A stretch of DNA of 56,741 nucleotides, filler included, from Squatina squatina (taxonomy: Eukaryota), in the NCBI GenBank assembly GCA_031763465.1. It is 4 parts of 4 records of this genome, joined end to end, with 100 filler letters (N's around TTAATTAATTAA, not from the genome) between each part and the next. Parts side by side here need not be neighbours in the genome. Positions count along the whole stretch, not along the records: positions 43,894 to 56,741 come from JARFOE010000056.1; 3 more parts are not named here. The stretch is one strand, 5' to 3'. This document shows, piece by piece, positions 50,843-56,741 of the stretch. Both the position numbers and the translations under genes were made by a program. The notes under the pieces are model-generated. The model made no database searches, had not been told where the DNA came from, and was given only the letters and a program-made list of their open reading frames with translations. The stretch's first letter is position 1. The number at the start of each line of letters is the position of its first letter.

Positions 50843-51445
50843 ACAACAACTTGTATTTATATAGAGCCTTTAACGTAGTAAAACGTCGCAAGGCTCTTCA
50901 CTGGAGCGATTATCAAACAATAAGCCACTTTTAAAAAATTTGTTCCTGGGATGTGGGCGTCGATGGCGAGGCCAGCATTTATTGCCCATCCCCAGTTGCC
51001 CTTGAGAAGGTGGTGATGAGCTGCCTTCTTGAACCGCTGCAGTCCTTGCGGTGAAGGAACTCCCACAGTGCTGTTAGGGAGGTTTAGGATTTTGACCCAG
51101 TGACGATGAAGGAACGGCGATAGACTTCCAAGTCTGCATGGTGTGTGTGACTTGGAGGGGAACCTGGAGGTGGTGCTGTTCCCATGCGTCTGCTGCCCTT
51201 GTCCTTCTAGGCAGTAGAGGTCGTGGGTTTGGGGGGTGCTGCCGAAGAAGCCTTGGCGAGTTGCTCCAGTGCATCTTGTAGATAAAGAGCTATTGTGACA
51301 GGTGGCCAGAATCGTGGTCAAAGAGGTAGGTTTTAAGGAGCGCCTTAAGGGTGGAGAGGTTTAGGAAATTAAGTCCAAAGCTAATAGGGCCCAGGCAGCT
51401 GAAGACGCAGCCACCATTGGTGGGGCAAAGGAAGTCGGGGATGTG
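50843..51445 (-). mobile_element. L2 3' end interrupted by another LINE fragment (50929-51283)
   Basis: 50843-50928 and 51282-51445 are collinear with the reverse of 47290-47556; insert encodes GLQRFKKAAHHHLLKGN. Confidence 0.8.
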
Positions 51446-51527
51446 CAAAAGACCCTTCCATTACCTCGTCTGAATAGTCATTCACCACTTGTGAGTCTGC
51501 CAGCCGGGTACACGAACAAGGGGCGGG

Positions 51528-51895
51528 CATCACATTCCGAAAGACAGCGCCTGCAACAGTGCAGCACTCGCTCAGTACTGTACCTGGATTACTTGCCCAA
51601 GTCTCTGGACTGGGGCTTGACACCACGACCTTCTGACTGAGACGGGAGTGCTACCCACTGAGCTATTACAGATCAGCTTGGAGCGCGAAATCCACAGTTG
51701 TGCAACTGCAGATTCTCGGGGTCATTGTCACATTGCGGTTTGGTGGGATCTTGCTGTGCACAAATTGGCCACCACGTTTCCTACATTGCGACAGTGACTG
51801 CACTTCAAAAATAAATGATCCTCATTGGCTGTAAAGCGCTTTGGGATGTCCTGAGGTTGTGAAAGGCGCTATAGAAATGCAACTCTTTTCTTTCT
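51528..51895. mobile_element. Two DeuSINE fragments: 5' half on - (51528-51665) and 3' half on + (51721-51895)
   Basis: Similarity to 45821-46282. Confidence 0.75.
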
Positions 51896-52606
51896 TTCTA
51901 TAAGATCACTTATCAGGTGCCTCCTTTGCAGGATGGTAAACCCAAGGAGCAGAAACTTGGCTTGGGCGGAGGCGGGCAGTATTGCAAGGCTGGCCTGTTA
52001 CACACTCCACCTGATAGTGAGTCTCACTGAAGTCATCGGGAGGGGCGTATAACAAGCGGCCCGTGCGATGAATTTCTAACCCCATTTCTCTCCAGGCGTT
52101 CCTTCTAGTTCAGCCCCTGTTGACACTAGGGTTCAGCCACCAGGGCTCTTCCCTCCACTGCCTTGCGTGCTTGACTCGTGTCCCGGCACTGACTCCCGTC
52201 GGTCCACAGTCTCGCGGTTTCTGGCTGCTCCCCGTACCTCACCTGCTTCATGTGCAATTCCAGTCAGTGAGTGACGGAAGTTTGGTGCAACCAATCGGGA
52301 CCTGAAAGCCAGCCACACTCCAGCTCCCAGCTTAAGTCAACACAAGTGGATTTTCCATCAGGGATTGTTGGGTAGATATCAGGAACCTTGGCTGATTCTT
52401 TAGCCCAGGACGCCAGGGGGCAATTGACCTACTCCAGTTGAGATTGGCTATCTCAGCACAGACTGGGCAGTCTGACCTGGGATCTTAGTGCTTGCATATC
52501 CCACCATATCTTTNNNNNNNNNNCCCTTAGTTACTGGCAGTGTCGGGGCCTTAAGTAGTCAATAAATCCAATCAATCAGTCGGGAGACCCCATGACCAAT
52601 ACTTAC

Positions 52607-52723
52607 TTGAAATAACGTGCTGGTTCCAGGTAATCGGGCTGGACTGAGAGTGGCCACAGGGCTGAGGGTGCTCCAGAAATGGATGCTGGAGAGTAATGGA
52701 CTGGGAGTCAGTAAGAATGGAGT
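52607..52723 (-). CDS. ELK4: Ternary complex factor (ELK family ETS protein), C-box transactivation exon
   Basis: 117-bp phase-0 exon (ttttcatttcag...gtaagt), [39 protein letters not shown]; same length and near identity to the ELK4 exon as recalled; ELK1/ELK3 not excluded. Confidence 0.8.
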
Positions 52724-52903
52724 CTGAAATGAAAAACACAAGATTAGAATTGTCACCAGCTACAGATAAAAGGAGCTAATACACAGATCCAGCGCTGTCA
52801 TGANNNNNNNNNNNNNNNNNNNNNNNNNNNNNNNNNNNNNNNNNNNNNNNNNNNNNNNNNNNNNNNNNNNNNNNNNNNNNNNNNNNNNNNNNNNNNNNNN
52901 NNN

Positions 52904-53055
52904 AGATATGCATGGTGACTGAGGGAGGGAGATATGCATGGTGACTGAGGGAGAGATATGCATGGTGACTGAGGGAGAGAGATATGCATGGTGACTGAGA
53001 GAGGGAGATATGCATGGTGACTGAGGGAGGGAGATATGCATGGTGACTGAGGGAT
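52904..53055. repeat. Minisatellite gagatatgcatggtgactgag(g/a)gag, about 25-27-bp unit, at least 6 copies, grading into GA-rich DNA
   Basis: Directly visible. Confidence 0.92.
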
Positions 53056-54194
53056 ACACACAGATAATGACTGAGAGAGACATACACACAGATAGAGTGA
53101 CAGAGAGGGAGAGAGAGAGATACGCAGTTAGAGTGACTGTGAGAGAGAGAGATACAGAAATAGAGTGAGAAAAACCAAAAGGGAGACAGAAAATGTGAGT
53201 TGGACAGACACAGAGACACCCAGATTGGTATTTTTATATTTTGTTATGTATCCTAAATGGTTACCACACCTGCCTCTCTTGTTAATGAATGTTCATCTAA
53301 GCAGATTTATTTATGCAGCTGTAGTTGCTATTTATATATCTATCTATCTATCTACCTACAGTAGCTGAGCAAAACGCTATTCAATATTTTCCAGGAAATG
53401 ACATTCATTTGGAACATCGCTGTTGTTTGTGAAGTGAAGCCAAGACCTAGTAGTGTGTGTTTTACAGTTTAACTCTGATGCCTGACCCTGCAGCCAGCTG
53501 GAATTGGGAGGGGGCAGGATGGGTCCAAAAAGGAGAGGTCAGCGTCTCGGGCTGGGGTTACCAAGCCTCCAGGCNNNNNNNNNNNNNNNNNNNNNNNNNN
53601 NNNNNNNNNNNNNNNNNNNNNNNNNNNNNNNNNNNNNNNNNNNNNNNNNNNNNNNNNNNNNNNNNNNNNNNNNNATCTATTAATTTGGGTAAGTATTGTT
53701 GATCTGAGTAAAGGTAATACTGAGGCTATCATGTGCTGATGGTATTTTTTGTTGTGAGTGATAAATAGAATGTGCCTTGCACACCACCCTGTGGTTGTTT
53801 GAAGCGAATGCTGGCAAGTTACTGTAGAGTTGGAGTGAAGGTGAAGCTCGTGACAATCATTTCATAATTTACCATATCCCCTCCCTGTTCATAATAATCC
53901 AGCACCACAATTCACGGCATTATCTCTCGTTTTGCAAAATATTACACAGTCGGTAAACCCATACATCGCAGTACCCGCTTTTTCTTCCATGTCCACGTCT
54001 GCTCAGGAAACTTCTCACAGCTGCCTCTTCCATCAGATCTCTCGTACTGCAGTTTCCTTTCTCATCATTGCCACCTCAGGAGATTGCCATCCCACAGCAC
54101 TACACCCTGACATGCAGCAACTTCTATAACTGCAAAGGGCTGTCAAACCTGATCACAAGGTTGAGAGGGGCCATTCAAGCATTCTTACTTTATC

Positions 54195-54760
54195 CATCCA
54201 GACCTCAAAAGCACTAGAGAAATATCACCAATGTTGCCTCCGCAAAATCCTGCAAATCAATTGGCAGGATAAACGCGCCAACATCCCCAGCATCGAGGCA
54301 CTGGTCACACTCACCCAACTGCGATGGGCCGGTCACATCGTCCACGTGCCTGATTCAAGACTCCCGAAACAGGCGCTATACTCCGAACTCAGACATGGGA
54401 AGCATCTCCGAGGAGGGCAGAGGAAACACTACAAGGACATCCTCAAGGCCTCATTGAAAAAATGCAACATCCCCACCAACACATGGGAATCCGTGGCCCA
54501 AGATCGCATGCAACGGAGAAGAAACATCCGTGAAGGCGCCAACTGCATTGAGTCTTTCCGGTGGGAGCATGCGGAGTCCAAACGTCAGCTGCGGAAGGAG
54601 TGCGCAGCAACAAGAGCATCCCAGCCACTCGCCTCATCAAGCACCACCTGCCCCACCTGCGACTGTGTTTGCAGATCCCGCATTGTACTTTTCAGCCACC
54701 TCAGAACCCACAACTCCAGAGTGGAAGCACCCGAGGGACTGCCTAAGAGAGAGAGAGAAG
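54195..54760 (+). mobile_element. RTE-clade LINE 3' end (post-RT region and terminal C2H2 finger)
   Basis: LKALEKYHQCCLRKILQINWQD...LRWAGHIVHVPDSRLPKQALYSEL..G...GGQRK.YKD.LK...CPTCDCVCRSRIVLFSHLRTH, ending in (GA)n. Confidence 0.88.
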
Positions 54761-55629
54761 ATATCATCCCCGCCCCATTGCAGCATTAAGNNNNNNNNNN
54801 NNNNNNNNNNNNNNNNNNNNNNNNNNNNNNNNNNNNNNNNNNNNNNNNNNNNNNNNNNNNNNNNNNNNNNNNNNNNNNNNNNNNNNNNNNCACCCTGATC
54901 ACTCATCAAAATTGAACTGTACAGACTAGGCAAGTCCCAAGTTGGATCCCCAACTCTGCTGTGTTAGCTGAATTCAGGGATGTTCCCGAGTTAGGAATAA
55001 GGATCAGGGAAAGAAAAAAAAATATAACCAGATCCATGCCAATTGCCAGCTGGGGGTGTACACACGGGATGCCGAGCTTGGCCTTTAGCTATGTTGTCCC
55101 TGCAGTTCAACAGTTCGCCGACACTCACAATCAAGGTTGTCACACGATGAATAGCCACTCAGAACCCTGGAAGGTGCCGGATATCTGCGGAATTGTACTC
55201 CAGCAAAAAGCCAATGCCTTGAGGAGACAAAGGAAGAATACTGTCGATAAATGGGGTTGGGGGGTGGGGAAAAGAAAAAAAAGGGAAAAATGCATTTTGG
55301 CAAAGCAAGTATCTGAATTCAAGCCATGAACCCCACTTCCCGTTCCAATCCTATCCTAACTCTTGTCAAAGTGTAGCACACCTTACTCACATGCTGGTCC
55401 TATCCATCTCAGTAATAACCTCCGTAGATGCAAACTTGAAAGTGAATTCTGATCATAGTAGAGAAATCGATACTCAAGCACGAGGGGGTCTGCTTTGGTG
55501 ATGGAAGAGCTGATGTGCTTTCGCCAATTATCCCCAGTATGTTAGTGAATGGCTTTCACTTCCCTACCTCTGAATGTTTTATTTGTTGACTTGAGCAAAA
55601 CTGAGTCATCGATATGATAGTCACCAACA

Positions 55630-55892
55630 AATCAAATAGGGAATTCAGAAGGTACTTCTTTACCCAGAGAGTGGTGAGAATGTGGAACTCGCTACTGCAG
55701 AGTGGTTAAAGCATATGGTATAGATGCATTTAAGGGGAGGCTAGATAAGCATGAGGGAGAAGGGATCAGAGGGTGTTGCTGATAGAGTTAGAGTTAGATG
55801 AGGAAAGATGGGAGGAGTCTCGAGTGGAGCATAAACACCGACATGCACTGGTTGGACCAAACGGCCTGTTTCAGTGCTGTATACCCTATGTA
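55630..55892 (+). mobile_element. CR1 LINE 3' end
   Basis: EFRRYFFTQRVVRMWNSL...AFKGRLDKH plus 3'UTR. Confidence 0.85.
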
Positions 55893-56741
55893 ACATGAAT
55901 AAAACACAAGATTTCTTGGTAAGAATTTTGTTTTTATTGATTAATGGTAATTACCATCATATGTGAATATATGCACTTCCTACAATTTAAAAAAATTTAC
56001 AACATGCAGATTCAAAAGGCACTTAACAGTTGCATTTTGAATTAGTTGAAGTTTCCCAGCGGTACAGTAAAAATCCTATTAGGGACAGCAGCTTTGGATT
56101 TAGAAGTTAGTTAATAAAAGTACAAAAAGGAATCATTCATTTACTTGCATTTTACTCGTATAGTACATAGAATGTCTGAAAAAATACTGACTCCACTGTA
56201 TCAANNNNNNNNNNAATTATTAAAAAATAGTAATCATGTGCGATTTTTTTTTTTTAAAACAAGAATATGAATTGGTCCAATCAGTTATGCTGCAAGATGG
56301 AAGCACTACACTGGAGAATGTCGTACTGTGAATTAATAACACAATAAAACTGGAAGCTATGTTAAAATACAAGTTACTTCAAAATGACAATGAGGAAGCA
56401 CAGCCTACACATTGAGTTGTCATTGCCATACAGACGGACAAGTTTCTCACCTCATTTCCCACCTTCTCTCTTGAAAGCATGAACTTCTCATTGATTTATC
56501 AGCACCCTCTCTTATAATCACTGAAACAGCCATTTTTTGTGTGAACCTAGACATGTTATTACACTATTTGACTGCACAGGCCATTACTTACAGGCCCAAT
56601 CCTGTCTTCCCCAGATGCAAACACACATCTATCTGAACAGGAGTTGGAGCCCTGGCTGGTAACCCCTCCCCAACAGAGGGAAGTGACTGTAGCACCCTGA
56701 TTTCAATCAGCTACCTTACTATGCACCAACGATCAAACCTA

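Overview
Vertebrate genomic DNA, most likely a cartilaginous fish (inferred from DeuSINE/SacSINE1-like SINEs and the CR1/L2 LINE tails). The window is not one locus. Three artificial N44-TTAATTAATTAA-N44 spacers (13351-13450, 27276-27375, 43794-43893) join four scaffolds, each built from 1-3 kb contigs separated mostly by 100-N placeholders that hide missing sequence. Segment 1 has four minus-strand exons of a clade-C fibrillar collagen (COL24A1-like), a 28/32-bp minisatellite and an unassigned 3'UTR-like block. Segment 2 has two N-terminal exons of a PEA3-subfamily ETS factor (ETV4/ETV1). Segment 3 has the last exon of SPOP (+) convergent with the main exon of a neurexophilin (NXPH3 by synteny, -). 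Segment 4 has a Roundabout FN3 exon and an ELK4/ELK3-type transactivation-domain exon (both -). The rest is intron/intergenic DNA rich in CR1, L2, RTE, SINE and DNA-transposon remnants. I found no rRNA, tRNA gene, CRISPR array or convincing novel multi-gene system. The best leads are paralog identity questions: ROBO next to ELK, an NXPH1-like NXPH3, and a COL24/COL27-intermediate collagen. All protein comparisons are from memory of the human/zebrafish families, not from database searches.
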